Source: Euprymna scolopes
Taxonomy: Eukaryota
Assembly: GCA_053919585.1 (NCBI GenBank)
Contig: CM132792.1
Direction: 5' to 3' (one strand)
Length of the DNA stretch: 64,000 nt
A program made the position numbers and the translations under genes. This document shows positions 40,597 through 53,472 of this stretch, piece by piece; position 1 is the stretch's first letter; the number at the start of each line of letters is the position of its first letter. Under the pieces are notes generated by a model that was given only the letters and a program-made list of their open reading frames with translations, did no database searches and had not been told where the DNA came from.

Positions 40597-42137
40597 TTTA
40601 CTAAAATCATATTTTAAGGAAAAAATAAAATAAACACCACATCATACTCATGCTCGTGAAAGGGGTGAAAACATACGATCGGAAAAAATATAGTCGACGT
40701 CTTTAAAGATATAAGAACGATAATGAAAGTTCATACATTTTTTACTCAAAGAACAGGTTTGTGAACTCTAGTTATTGTTCTTCCTTAACGAGCTTTCTCT
40801 TCTACAGTTTTCATTTCGCCATTTCTCATGTGCGATGAAACTTGCTATAATTTTTAAGTTTTTACTGTTATTTTCTTTATAGCTACATGTTTTAACCGAC
40901 AAATAAGTGGGTTGGAGGATATAAGTGAAATCCTGTAGAAAGCTATTTCATTCGAAATAATTTAAGTGACTGAAATAACAATTAATCAAGGCTGATTTCT
41001 TCATTCATAAAGACGAAAACAGGAAACTAGCAACTATATTTTAGTCTTGTGTCAAACTTAGCTAAACTACAGACTTCAGATTCATTAAAGGAAAGGTAAA
41101 CTGGGTATAAATGGCAATCGAATCGTTACTTAAACTCTGCACGAGTGCAGAGTGCCCTTTTGGGGAACTCTGGAATGGGACAAATACTAAAAAAAAAAAA
41201 AAAGATTGCCTCGAACTAGAAAGTTTTCGACCTAACGATGATATAACAAACTAAGTCTAGTAATATCAGAACAGACACTACACTTTGCTTTTAGCCAAAA
41301 ATCGAGTCAAAATGAGATGAATAGCTTTAACAATTTGAATAAATGAAAATAAAAACAAGACTATTGTCGCTTACCACGTTTAAAACAATTATCGAAAAAT
41401 AGATAAGTTTTTATGCGCTTCCAGATCTCCCCTCCGCCGCCCCCAATAAATTCTGTATGATGTACGCAGTTGCAACAAAAAGGAAATGTACATCAAAATT
41501 ACATAAATTGTTCAAAGTAATATTATTTTCGTAAAATTGATTTTTACAATTTCTCCCTCATGTTAAGAATGACTAAAATCTAGATTTGGAGTTATCTCCC
41601 TTGTTTCTGCAAACTATTTTCAAGATGGCGACGCAAGATCGTCACTCGTAGTTTAGCACTAAAATTTGATATATTTTATTTATTTACTTTTTTTTTTGCG
41701 ATACTCATGCACTTATTGATCCATGCTGAAATAATAACGTTATTATTTAAAAAGCCATTCTTAACATGGGAGTGTTTTGTACCTATTTTGTACTTTAACC
41801 TTACAATTGAATAAAAAACACTTTAATTAAACTTGGAATTACGATTTAAAAAATAGCGCGAAAAGTGCATTAGCACTTTTTTTTGTTTTTTGCTTTCTAA
41901 AATTGAGAGAATTCTCGACAAGCAGCCATTTTTATTTATTCCCATACATTGAAATGGGTTTCATTCACTTCACCAGATTGTCTGTCTGCGGAACGGTCTC
42001 TACCTAACTCCTGTCAATTTTTGGTCTACAAACTTTAAACTTAACTCGGATATTTGGACCTGTAGTACCAATTCTATTTAGTTTTTAGCCACACACACAC
42101 ACACAATTCTATTTGGTTTGTAGCCACACACAAAATC

Positions 42138-44265
42138 TTTTTTTTTTTTTTACAAGGTGGTCACCACTTATCAAGGCCCGGAAGCCACTCAGGGATAAGG
42201 GTTATTGTAAGTATAGTACGTTAGTGTGGATATTTAAAGTGTCTACTTAAGGGGGCGGTTCATCAGGAATTTGTTTACATTGGACTTGAAGACATCCAAG
42301 TTGTAGTCAGGAGGGAAGCAAGCAGACGGAACAGAGTTCCACAGGCATGCAGTTCTAAGAAAGAAGCTTTGCTCATGGAATCTACGTTTTGATTTAGGCA
42401 TAGATAAAGAGTCGGGAAAGTTTTTGACAGTGGATTAAGCTAAACGGGTGTTTTTCGTGAAAGATTGGCGAGGGGGGGGGCAGAGATTGGAGTTCAGACG
42501 AGCACCTGCCATGGAAATAACGATAAAACAAAGATAGTCTTGCAACGTCTCTTCTGTGGCAGAGAGGTTCCAGGGAAGAGAAAAGGGCATCCCCCACGAA
42601 GCCACAAAGTCTATTTTGTACTCTGCCAAGGCAGGATAGACTGTTTTTAGCAGCTCCTGCCCAGATATGGCAGCAGTATTCCATCCTTGGATGTACTTGG
42701 CTTTTATATAGATAGAGAATTGCATCAGTAGTGAGATATCTTCTGGAGCGGTAGAAGGATCCCACCATCTTTCCAGCGATCTTGGCAACAGACTTGATGT
42801 AGGTGTTCCATTTCAGATCAGGAGTGAAGGTCAAGCCCAGAAGCTTGTCAAAACATGGGGCTTCTCCTAGACGAGAGCCATCCATTTCAATTGATGCCAG
42901 ATGGGGATCAGAGCGTTGATGATGTAAAGATAGGAGTTTGATTTTAGATGCATTAAAGGTAACCAGCCATGTCTTCCCCCACTGAACCACTCGTTCGAGA
43001 TCAGAGGAGAGAGAATCAGAGAGAGCTTTGTCATTTACAGCCTTTGATGTGTTGCCTTAGATGGTCGTGTCATCAGCATAGATGTCAACGAATGATTTGA
43101 GTATGTGTTTAGGGAGATCATTAATGTAGATCAGAAAGAGAGTTGGGCCCAGGATGGACCCTTGAGGGACTCCAGCATTAATACTGCAGGCCTCTGATTT
43201 TTGTCCATCGACCACTACTGTTATGAGCCTATCAGAAAGAAATGATTTAATGAAAGAGAATATTTCCAGTTATACTGTAGCTGGAGATCTTGTGAAGTAG
43301 GCCTTTATGCCATACCTTGTCGAAGGCTTTTGATATGTCAAGAGCAATTGCCCTGGAAAGGAAGCCTTTGTCAAGAGATTCACTAATCCTATGAGATATA
43401 ACTGTTAGCACATCTGCGGTAGATCTTGCAGAACAGAAACCATATTGCGTGTCACTAAGAAGGTTATTTCTGCTGAGGTGGTTAACTATTTCTCTAATAT
43501 GGATTCCAGCAACTTACTCATGACACACAGGAGACTTATTGGTCTGTACTGAGAGGGAGAGGACTTATCACCTGAGTTCTTAAATACAGGGCATACTGAT
43601 GAGGTTTTCCAGGGTGTTGGAAAGCACTTCTCAACGCAACGTTTAAACAGTTTCGTAAGTATGGGAGCAAGTTCTGGTTGAAGCTTTAACACTATAATTG
43701 GGATGTCATCAGGGCCAGTAGCTTTACTGGAATCAAGGTTCTTGATTAGCTTGGCGACCTCATGCACAGATATTTGTATGTTACCTAGTGTGTTCTGTGT
43801 TATAGGAGGAAATATGGGGAGTTGATGGCTTTCGTCGCATAGGGTAGAATTAGCTGCAAAATTCTTGGCAAATAGTTTGGCCTTGTCTGATGCTGACGAG
43901 ATGACTTCTGGTCCATTGATAATGGTTGGGATAGAACACACACTTCTGTTCATGATCCTATTTGTTATTTGCCAAAACTGGTGGGAACCAAGCCGCTGAT
44001 CAGCTACTTTAGATTTAACAGACTGGGCATATAGCTCTCTTGCATTTTTTATTACTCTTTTACAGTGGTTGCTGGCGTCCTTGAAAGCAGCTTTAGGCTC
44101 AGTGCATCTATTATGTTGGTAGCTATGGAAAAAGTGATTTCTGTGTGCGATGGCAGCAGCACATTCTGGGGAGAACCATGGCTGGCTAGTAGGTTTTTGT
44201 TGGAATTTTTTAGATGGTATGAATCGGTCTATGCCTACAATTAACCATTCGGTCAGATCTGATAC
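42138..44265 (-). mobile_element. 5'-truncated, frameshifted non-LTR retrotransposon (LINE; CR1/L2/Jockey-group-like reverse transcriptase)
   Basis: Minus-strand motifs PWFSPEC, KATGPDDIP, YRPISLL, LDISKAFDKVW (about 43310-43342), GVPQGSILGP (about 43144-43173), YADD (43069-43080), W...FNASK and PRMEYCCHIWAG are spread over several frames. A poly(A) tail is seen as poly(T) at 42138-42151. Confidence 0.93.
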
Positions 44266-44835
44266 CCACACACACAAAAAATTCTATTTGATTTTTAGCC
44301 ACACACACACACACATACACACACAAAAAAACAAAAAAACAAAAAAAAAAAGAGGGGGCATCAAAATTGAAATTTTGCAAGTGTAAGTAGACTTTAATAG
44401 TATATCCTCTATGCACGTGCAAATATACGTTTATCTGAATTAATTTGTAAACTTTTAAGGTCAGGTGGTAGCAAATACCGCTGAAGAGCTGAAAGTTTTA
44501 GTTTCGATTCTAACTGATGGCACCCAAGTACTTTTTTTTTTTTTTTGAACTTTTAAAGGTAATATTAAATATTGGGTACAATATAATAATCAACAGAACT
44601 GCCTTTATAATAATACATACGAATTCTACATTAAGTAAAATATATACTAAGCGTATTTTTCAAACTGGCAACACCGGGCAGGCAGCCTTGGGATTCAAGA
44701 TTTAGCCATGTTTACATTTTTCTTTTAAATAATTTTTTAAAAATATTTGGTTTAGTTTTCTCTGCACTAGTGCAGTTTAGCATCCGCAAGCAAATTATTT
44801 TTATTTTAGAAGAGTTCCGTCCGTGCAACATAAGT

Positions 44836-45013
44836 TTTTCGGGTCAAGATCAAAGTGTAGTATCTGTTCTATTGCTACACTTCAATTTCTTGTTCTTTGT
44901 CAGTGGAGGAGAAATCCTTCACGACTGAGACAATTATTATTTTTGTTCCTTTTCTCCACATTAAAAAACGACCATGGTGTCTAACTCTGTCCCGTGGGGA
45001 GGCATTGTAAATA
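44836..45013 (+). mobile_element. U2 snRNA-headed SINE
   Basis: The head aagatcaaagtgtagtatctgttct matches the 5' region of U2 snRNA. It is followed by a body of about 140 nt shared with 30586-30763 and 32136-32342. Confidence 0.75.
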
Positions 45014-45319
45014 GAAACACAATTTAACAAAGCTTCCCTCCCCATGTTACGAATAGATTTCTTAATTGGCTTACGACTATCAAACTGTGGAAGTGTCATT
45101 TCTTCTTAGGTCTTTATTTCAATATTCTCTTAGTGGTAAATAAAAATGATAATTTAATGTGGAATCATCAAAGTTACGTATATGCGAGAAACATACTTTC
45201 TGTTAGAATAGAAAGGTATTTCAATTACACCGGCTATAAAGTCGGTGCCCACTGCCCACCTGACAATGATGACATCACGAAACAGAACTGGTTTATTGCT
45301 GATTATAAACCATTTCGGT

Positions 45320-45775
45320 TCTAATTTAGAATTCAAAATAATTAAAGAAAGAAAAATACAGAAAAATATTTATGATGTACGTACCCGTCACGGAACGAAA
45401 ATGTCATATTCCAAAAATTACGAAAATCAATTACCATCAAGTAGTTTTATTTTCAATCAAGAAAATCAAATTTTATGAGTAAACAAAAAGAACTAGTGCC
45501 TCGCGTGACCATCGTGACAAAAAAAAAAAAAAAAAAAAAAAAAGGGGGGAGAGGGGGATAAGTCCACAACAATTCAAACTTGCCACACTTGTAATGCTAC
45601 CGAGTTCACATTAATCGCTTTAAATCGTTTTAAAATGATTTTATTTATAAAAATAAAACTACTTTAGCAATTTACGTGATTTTTGGAATATGACATTTGT
45701 TCAGTGACGTACACCATAAAGACTTTTCTGTAGATTTTTTCTTTTTACGAGGTTGAATTCTAAATAAGAACCTAA
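45320..45775. mobile_element. MITE (second copy about 24245-24560)
   Basis: tttagaatt...tgatgtacgtacccgtcac..aa.gaaaatgtcatattccaaaaatta and its inverted counterpart occur in both locations. Confidence 0.6.
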
Positions 45776-46539
45776 ACAAATAACTCAATGCGTAACCATC
45801 AAAGTTACGAATATGCGTGAAACCCACGACATTTTTGTCAATATAGAGAAATACTGTATTTCAATCGCACCGGCATTTTGAAGATGACATAATAGAAAAA
45901 TGAAACGGCTTTGTTGCTGCTTTATAAACCATTTTTCCAGACGTCGACAATTTTTTTTTTTTTTTTTATATGTATATATATTTTGGCTCAGAGCAAAGTG
46001 TAGTATCTGTTCTGATACCACATCTCATTTTTTCTGCCCTCGATCAGTTAAAACACATCCTTTTAAACTGAGATCATTTATCTGTTTAAATCCAGAGCGT
46101 TTTCTTTTTTTTGGGGAGGGGGGAGCTAAATTTCCTAACATTAACAAAAATGACCTTATGGGGAGGGGGGGGCAAGTAAATAGGAATCACAATCTTCAGA
46201 AGGAGAGGAGCAATATATTTCATAATCACTTTGGGGACTCAATTGTGATATTTACATCAAACGTGAATTTTAAACAATTTCTAACACGAAAATATCTTTA
46301 AAGTGGGGGAAGGAGTTATTTTTCAAGGTGATATTTATTTTCAAAAATTAAGGTTTTAAATACCGTTAGAAAATAAATCTATATATATATATATAACTTA
46401 AGAATCAGTTAGCGCGTGAGACCACCGCGCACCGCATATTTCGCATTTCTTTCTGGGGTCAGAGGTTATTTGAGGTAGAATTGATACAGATGATACCTTT
46501 AAGGCTAGAGATGGGTGGAATGCCAACATTTCTTAATGA

Positions 46540-46576
<37 letters not shown>

Positions 46577-46872
46577 GGAGTCACTACTTATCACGGCCGG
46601 GAGGCCACTCGAGTAAATATTAATGGATCTAAGCCTTTATTTTAAATTTATCATTTCTTGTTAACTAGCATTTTAAACCTCCTATTGTTTTCATCGTAAA
46701 TATGAAATGGTTAAGGACGGGGTCCGATTTATTGTGTAATTAATTTAAGACTTCATAAACAAAACAGAAAAATGTGTAACGTTATTTTAAGATGCGAAAA
46801 AAGCAAATATTTTCGTTAGCATTTGCAGAATGCGACGAAATACGGTGGATTTTTTTAAAAATTATTTTATTT

Positions 46873-46946
<74 letters not shown>

Positions 46947-47342
46947 CGTGCGTGCAGATCTGACAGTATTTTGCATTTATAAATATTAAAAGAGTATTTC
47001 TCCATAAAATGTCATGCATAGCAAATGGAATGATGAAACTGCCAGGCAATGTTGTTAGCGATCGTGAACGCAACATTTTTCTGTGATGATGAAGACGAAA
47101 CAAACAATTTAAGAAATGGGAAATTCATTCACACCCACAGAAAGGGACCCTTGTATTATGAAGAAAAAGGAATTAAAAGGGTTTAAATGTAAAGCCTAGA
47201 AAAAGGGATCAAAAATGACAAAAAAAAACAAAAAAAAAAATACAACCTACAACATTTCCTTATGACGCTTGTTATAGTGTCTACTGTCTCACTGTCTCAC
47301 ATTACGAATTAGCGTTATTTTTGTGTTGATACTTGTGACATG

Positions 47343-47698
47343 GACACCCAGAGGATTTCAGTTCAGAGTATTGACTAATCAGAACCGGAAATAATCGGAG
47401 CAGTTTACGATTTGAAAGCCGCGAACACAATATAAAAAGGCAGGCGACACTAAGCATTCCAAAGAATTAGGTTAGGATCTAAAATTGTGCTTGCTTCGCT
47501 TCTATAGACTAATCGACTTGGGTTAGGGTTAAAAAAAAAAAATTTTTTTAAAAGAGCAGTTCGGTTCAAATTCTGTAAAATTACCAATAAAAAAGTGGCT
47601 TTCAAATCGTAAACTGCTTCAGTAATTACCTTGACTAACTCAGGATTCTCCGGCAATACTCGGAACTGATTCCATAAGAAATGAACTCCTCTGGATGC
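47343..47698. mobile_element. MITE with imperfect TIRs
   Basis: ccagagg...gcagtttacgatttgaaagcc versus ggctttcaaatcgtaaactgc...cctctgg. Confidence 0.6.
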
Positions 47699-48194
47699 CT
47701 AATCTTTACAAGTTGGTAAATGTTTACTTCGTTTCCACTTTAACATTTTCCTTTCAAATGACGACTGTTAATTGTTTTCGGGTAAGCTGAAAACGAATAT
47801 CGCATTTAAATTTCCCGCAAATACGTATTTTTCCAGATAAAATCATTTATATTAAAAGTGGTGGCTATTGTGCACGCTCACGCAAGAGCGCGCATAATTT
47901 TGGGCGTTTTTTTGTTTTTTTTAGCATTTATTTTTAGGCTTGGGGGACGATTAGGTTACTCCTTGTTTCAGTCAGTACTCATGTATAGTGAAATTCCAAA
48001 CACTTAAAGCATTTGTAGCGAAGAAAAAAGATTGAAGAAAACTATTGGAGTACCTGAATGAGAACCCACCCCCTTCAAGAACGGCTTTCAGAATAAACAC
48101 CCCTAACCTCCGGCTTTCAGTTTTTTGCAATTTTTTAATGGATTATTATTTGATTGGACACCAATATATAGAGCAATTCTATTCAGGTCCGCCA

Positions 48195-48545
48195 CACTAC
48201 TTGTATTATTTTGATTCTTCGGACTACTGCTTTTATCTGGAGTGTTTATTTTCACAACGTTTCGGTCGATATAACCTCCGACCTTCTTCAGGTGTATATC
48301 TTGTCGAACTCTGGAATGTTTCTGTAGAACTCATGAATTTGGACGGAATTTAGAACGGAACCCTTTATTTACTTCACGGGGGTAGCATGTTTTCGTTCCA
48401 TCAACCATTACTGGGAGAAGTCTTAAGTAATTCGCAATTGTATTTTTCAGTCGCCCACACTGAGAATTGAACCTTCAACCTTCAGACGGATGTGACTTCT
48501 AAAATTGAATTTTCCAAGTATTCTAACTACTGCGCCACGCCCCAC
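48195..48545 (-). mobile_element. tRNA/Pol III-headed SINE with 3' hammerhead ribozyme motif (family A, best-preserved copy)
   Basis: On the minus strand: A-box TGGCGCAGTAG (48537-48527), B-box GGTTCAATTC (48473-48464), a body, then a hammerhead at 48294-48253. Homologous to copies at about 14557-14900, 11710-12178 and 27380-27800. Confidence 0.7.
48253..48294 (-). ncRNA. Minimal type I hammerhead ribozyme motif
   Basis: CAC-CTGAAGA-A-GGTCG(gaggttatat)CGACC-GAAA-CG-TT-GTG: stem I CAC/GTG, intact core, 5-bp stem II, palindromic ACGT stem III, GUU cleavage triplet. Confidence 0.75.
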
Positions 48546-49038
48546 GGGTGCTTTCAATGAAAAACACTAAGTTACCACAATTTTGCTAGTACATTTAAAA
48601 CGTAGAAATTTAAACTAGACCTGAAAATATAGTCGCCATCTTTATAAATAAATTGAAAATGAAACGAGCTACAGAAGAACGATAACTCAAATCCAGATTT
48701 TTTTTTCAAGTTAAAGAACAGATTATGAATTAGAGTAAACGATCTCTCTTGGCTAGCCCCTTTCTTTGAATTTAAAGATGGCGACTATAATTTTTCCGAC
48801 AATGGGAAGTGTTTACAACAACCGCATGAATTGGCCAAAGAGAGAAGGAAAGACAGGGGCATATGTTTTTTTTTTGTTTGTTTTTTCGTGTGCATATTAT
48901 TATTACAATAACATGCAAGTGTGCATCTTTGTAGACACGTGCGAAAGATGGCTGTGAAGTTGTAGCATTTGTTCGCTGTAGTAAACATGGACGCATTTTT
49001 GAACCATGACGCGACTATTTGACGCGTGTGAGCAATGT

Positions 49039-49072
<34 letters not shown>

Positions 49073-49344
49073 GAAATGGTAAGAGGCGAATAATAGACAT
49101 GTGTAGGTCTCACGACATTAACAACAGTCAACCTAGTAAATAAAATGTAAAAAAAAAAAAAAATATCAGAAGTTTATTTTATGAAAAGAAATATTTGATT
49201 TTATTTTAATTTGGTTTTGGTCAGCCATTAGTGTTTCTAGTTTTTATTTTATTCAATCAATTCACAATTCATTTCGCATTATTATTATTATCATCATCAT
49301 AGGAAGACCCGACATTCATTTTTTTATTATTTTTATTATTATTA

Positions 49345-49375
<31 letters not shown>

Positions 49376-52062
49376 AGCGATAAAAATATAGCAAGTCGTT
49401 TTAGTTCTGCTGCTGCAGTTCATGGATCGTGCTGGAATAATATTATTTAGAAACCTATTCTTAATAGGTGGGGGAGGGCGCTTTTGTTAACTATTCCGCA
49501 TGTTCATCTAACAATTTAATAAATAAAACATACCGTAATGGGTACTTATGCAGAATACGAGCAGGGACTTTTAAGTTAAATCAATTTTTTAAATAGTATA
49601 TTTTGTTTATTAGATTCTTAGGTCAAAGTACAGTGTAGTTTTTAGAAAAGCCCTCCTTCTGTTAAGAATGGCTTTCTAGAGAACGTTATTATTTCAGCAC
49701 AGTCTGTATTCTGCATAAGTACCAAAAATCGAATTTAACTTTTAAATTCTATCTATAACAAATAATACGGCTCGTAAACTGCAAAAGTATTAATGGTTTT
49801 GGGTTTATACAAAAAATAGTGTTACGACAATCGAGAAATTAACCTTCTGATTGGAAACAAATGTCAAAGGGGTCCTTATTTGTTTTACTCTTTACGAGGG
49901 CAAAGTCATCCTTCTCCTCAGAGTAGATATGGCAGGAGATCGGTTTAAACTGAGATATAGCTTCCCCCAAAAGGGGTCCTTCTAAGGATGGAGGCTAAAT
50001 TTTCCGTAATCGGTCTGGTCGACTTCTTAGGCACCAAACAATAAACCTATCCTTACTCCCGAAAGAGGGAGTAATGCTTGGGATTATGGCTTTCCAGAGA
50101 TTGAACAAGCACCTGCTTCACTCTGATATCAACTCGAAAGTCAGCGCAAAACTCGATTATGTAGAGATAATCTACCTCGTCTAAAAAGGAACTCTGAATT
50201 TAGTGAATTAATTGGGACAAAAAAAAAAAAAAAACGATTCCAGTCTAAAACAGATACATTTTGATCCTAACTAGAAGGTCGGAAGGCAAGTAATTAGTCG
50301 GCGCTTGTACACTATTAGAACGAAATTTTGTAGTCGATAAATGGAGTTTTCAGATAAAAAACAATGGTTTCTACTGATTTTTTTTTATCAATTCTAATAA
50401 CAATGTTAGCTTCCAAATTATGCAGTCGAAATGACTTGAATATTAATGAATTATTAAACAAAAAACTTTAGCAGGTGAAAATTTGCGGCCATCTTGCTTT
50501 TTATAAAATAAATCGAAACTGAAAATTATCTCCCTTTTGAACTCTCCTGCGTCTTACATAAGCAAATACGATCGTTTTCTCCACATTTTATTTTCTATAA
50601 TAAATAATTTTCTACCTTATCGATTTTCGTAATTTTGGGATATAATCACCTTAAAAATACGAAATATATACCATGGTTTTCATGTGAAATTCAGTATTGC
50701 GATTTCCGAAATTTCGTTTTTGATAGTGCAGAAGCTCATTGGGATACATATATTTCAGAAGGGCTCTTGCACATTAGAATATACTGAGCCATTAACCAAT
50801 AACACCCGACAAGTGCGTTGAAACATCTATTTAAAAATCCGATATTTCTACAGAAACTGTTTTTTTTTTTTTTTTAATCATAAACTAAGGTCTAGCTTTA
50901 CTTACACAGAAGTCGGTTTGCTTTGTTTAAGTTCGGTTTAAATTCTGTAGAAGCATGAAGTCGTCAACGGTTTAGAATCGAGATGAACTTGTTTTGGATT
51001 ATGTTTTATTTTTTTACATTTTCTGTGGAAACAAATTCAATTATTTATTTATACATCCTGTCCTGCGTGATAGAAGGAGGAGGGCGCACTTCACTATTTT
51101 ATTACTATCATTAATAAATGAGGGATTTCGTTTACACTGGCTATATATACTGGAAGATATAAAAAGCGTAGTGAACGATCCTCTTTCTTGCATAAAATAG
51201 ACATTTTATATGGTTTATCTTTCGATAATCGTGATAATCTACATTTTTTAAAAAGATCTAAAAATAAATAAATAAATAAAAATACGAGGCTGCTTCTATT
51301 CTGCGAATTCAAAATAATATAAGATGGTTTTCTTTTCTTGGATACGAGACGCGTGTGAAAATTATTCTCATCTTTCGTTTGAATGAAGTGTAATCGTTGA
51401 CTTTTTGCATCTTAGCCAGAATGTACCTTTTTTATACGTCAATTTAAAATGTTTTTAAATGACTTTCAAGCGTGAAGTATAAAGCCAACGGTAAATAAAT
51501 TAAATCCAAGTCAGCCATTCCTATCTATTAGATAATAGAAAGAAAATGGTTGACGTCTGTTTACATCGTAACCTTTTCGACTTTCGAAAATCATGTTGAA
51601 AGCCTTTAAGCTGCCGATTAGAAAGTAATTTGTAGTTCGAGGAGGGGGGGCAAAATTCACGTATAGTTCATTCATTTGAATTCGTAATAAAAAAAAAAAC
51701 AATTTTATATGCATCATCCATTTCGAAGAATCAATGGTAGGTAGTCAACGTAGTTATTTATTTGGAGTCATACTCATCGACTGAAGAAATTGAATAAATC
51801 GTACAATTATAGCTATCTGGCCTTCGAACTAGGATCAATGTGTAGTATCTATTCCGTCCCATGTATTATATTTTTCGTTCGGGGGCACCTTAATCAGTGA
51901 AGGAATGTAGACAGAACTGATTAAGCTTTTTTCTTTTTTTTTCTTTCTTTTTCAGCGGAGGCAGAGTCCCCCACCCCCTTTAGATGAGATTTGGATCGTA
52001 ACAATAAACGTAACCTGTGTCTAACCTTATCGCTGTCTGTGCAAGGCATATAAACAAATCCG

Positions 52063-52643
52063 GGTACATATGCAGAATACGGACCGTGCTGAAATAATAA
52101 TGTTGGGTAATGTCGCTAAATAGGGTTTGTATGTGATAGGAGAAAAATAAGGCATTTAAAATATTTATCTTAAAACATTATTACATGAAGAGTCATTTCG
52201 TGTAAAAAGTTAATTTATTATTATTGTTGTTGTTATTTAGAACCCCAGGCTGACATGAACGAGAATCACCCCCCCCACACACACACACTCAAAACGGTTT
52301 TCGGAATAAGCACCTCCAACCTCCCCATGTTAACAGCTTTTTTTCTTTGTTTTTTTTTTTTTTTTTTTTTTTTGCATTTTCAGTGGATTATTATTGACTG
52401 GGCACTAATATATGAGGGGAGAGGATTCTCGTTCAGGTCCGCCGAACTCCATTCTTAACAGGAAGAGGATGCGTTTTGTAACTATTTTGTACTTTCACCT
52501 AACAATTTAATGGTCAACTACCAACTAAAGACTTGCTTTAAAAAGTTGATCTTTAATTTAATTAAAAGATATCGCAAAAATTGAATTTAATTTGAAAATC
52601 CTATAAAAAATTTAAAAAAATATAGCACGGTTCGTATTCTGCA
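52063..52643. mobile_element. MITE with GTAC(T/A)TATGCAGAATACGGACCGTGCT termini
   Basis: gtacatatgcagaatacggaccgtgct (52063) ... agcacggttcgtattctgca (52624). Internal ccattcttaaca and aacaatttaat motifs recur at about 23.8, 33.1, 35.6, 38.6, 41.7 and 49.4-49.7 kb. Confidence 0.6.
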
Positions 52644-52932
52644 AACTCGGCTTTCGGACTAGGATCAAAGTGTAGTATTATATTCTGTATCAGGAGACCA
52701 TTACTCCCAGGCTCTACCTCCTCTTTTCGGAAAGTAAAGGGGGAGATTACTCCTTGTCTGAAGCGTCTTCATCTGTGAGAGAATGTTAACGAGACGGTGA
52801 AGGTATATATACAGTCAGAGTATAGTGTTTCTCTTTTGGGAGACCTTGAGTTATAAACTATAAGCTGATTTTGTGTTCAACTGGGGGGGGGGGGGTTTAT
52901 GCAAAAATATTAAATAATGAAAATAGACTTAC

Positions 52933-53472
52933 CGGAGTTGTGTAAGGCGGGCCAGATAGATCGATATCATCTCGGACCAGCCTATCTCGTATGATATGCT
53001 TTAGCTGAATTTTCGGATAGGTAAGCAAAGCCGACTTTCCTTCCTCGTATTCGTCGGTCATCCGACGGGGGTAGTGGATCGAGTCCGGCACCGGGGTATC
53101 ACCCCCGGTGCGGTCCATTGCTCCAACAACGCCCCCAAGACCGGCGGTATGATGGTAAATGTCCGAATTGACACAGCCTATCCCATCGTCTCTGCTGATC
53201 AGTCCGACCCTGTCCAGAACACTGTTGGGACATGGACCTTCCGGGTTTTCCAAAGTAAAATAAACAGCCGTGCCCCCTTGTTCGCGGAGGATGCGCACGG
53301 CTTCCAATACTCGGTAACGATGTTCGGGTTTGTGGACCCCGATCGCATCCAGGTCCGGCTCGCCTATCTGTTTACATATTTCGAGATCATCGTAGCCATT
53401 ATCAAGAAAGGCCTGCGTGTAGTGTACTAAATTGAGCGAGCGAAGCCAGTCGGTGACAATATTGTCCGCCAT
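52933..53472 (-). CDS. First coding exon of a SAM-domain protein (SAMD5 / Drosophila SKIP-like)
   Basis: The ORF begins MADNIVTDWLRSLNLVHYTQAFLDNGYDDLEICKQIGEPDLDAIGVHKPEHRYRVLEAVRILREQGGTAVYFTLE. I recognise this as the SAMD5-type SAM domain (VxxWL, DNGYDDLE.CKQIG.PDLDAIGV, YFTLE). It is GC-richer than the flanks. On the minus strand CCG|GTAAGT (acttac at 52927-52932) is a consensus splice donor, giving a 540-nt, 180-codon exon in phase 0. The ORF tail VSLFSLFNIFA is probably intron read-through. Confidence 0.92.

Larger units (their letters stand above)
1..52932 (-). other. Probable large intron (at least 52.9 kb) of the SAM-domain gene
   Basis: Begins at the GTAAGT donor. No further credible host exon was seen downstream in the window, and the region is repeat-filled. 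A small exon could have been missed. Confidence 0.6.

Noticed and set aside
44836-44872. Functional U2 snRNA gene (and the other U2 hits)
   Set aside because: Only the 5' ~40 nt are present. The Sm site and 3' stem-loops are absent.
52897-52932. Single-exon 191-aa protein ending at the in-frame stop
   Set aside because: A consensus GTAAGT donor and an abrupt shift to T-rich sequence favour splicing, although an intron-retained short isoform cannot be excluded.
53074-53430. 118-aa plus-strand ORF
   Set aside because: Antisense shadow of the SAM-domain exon.
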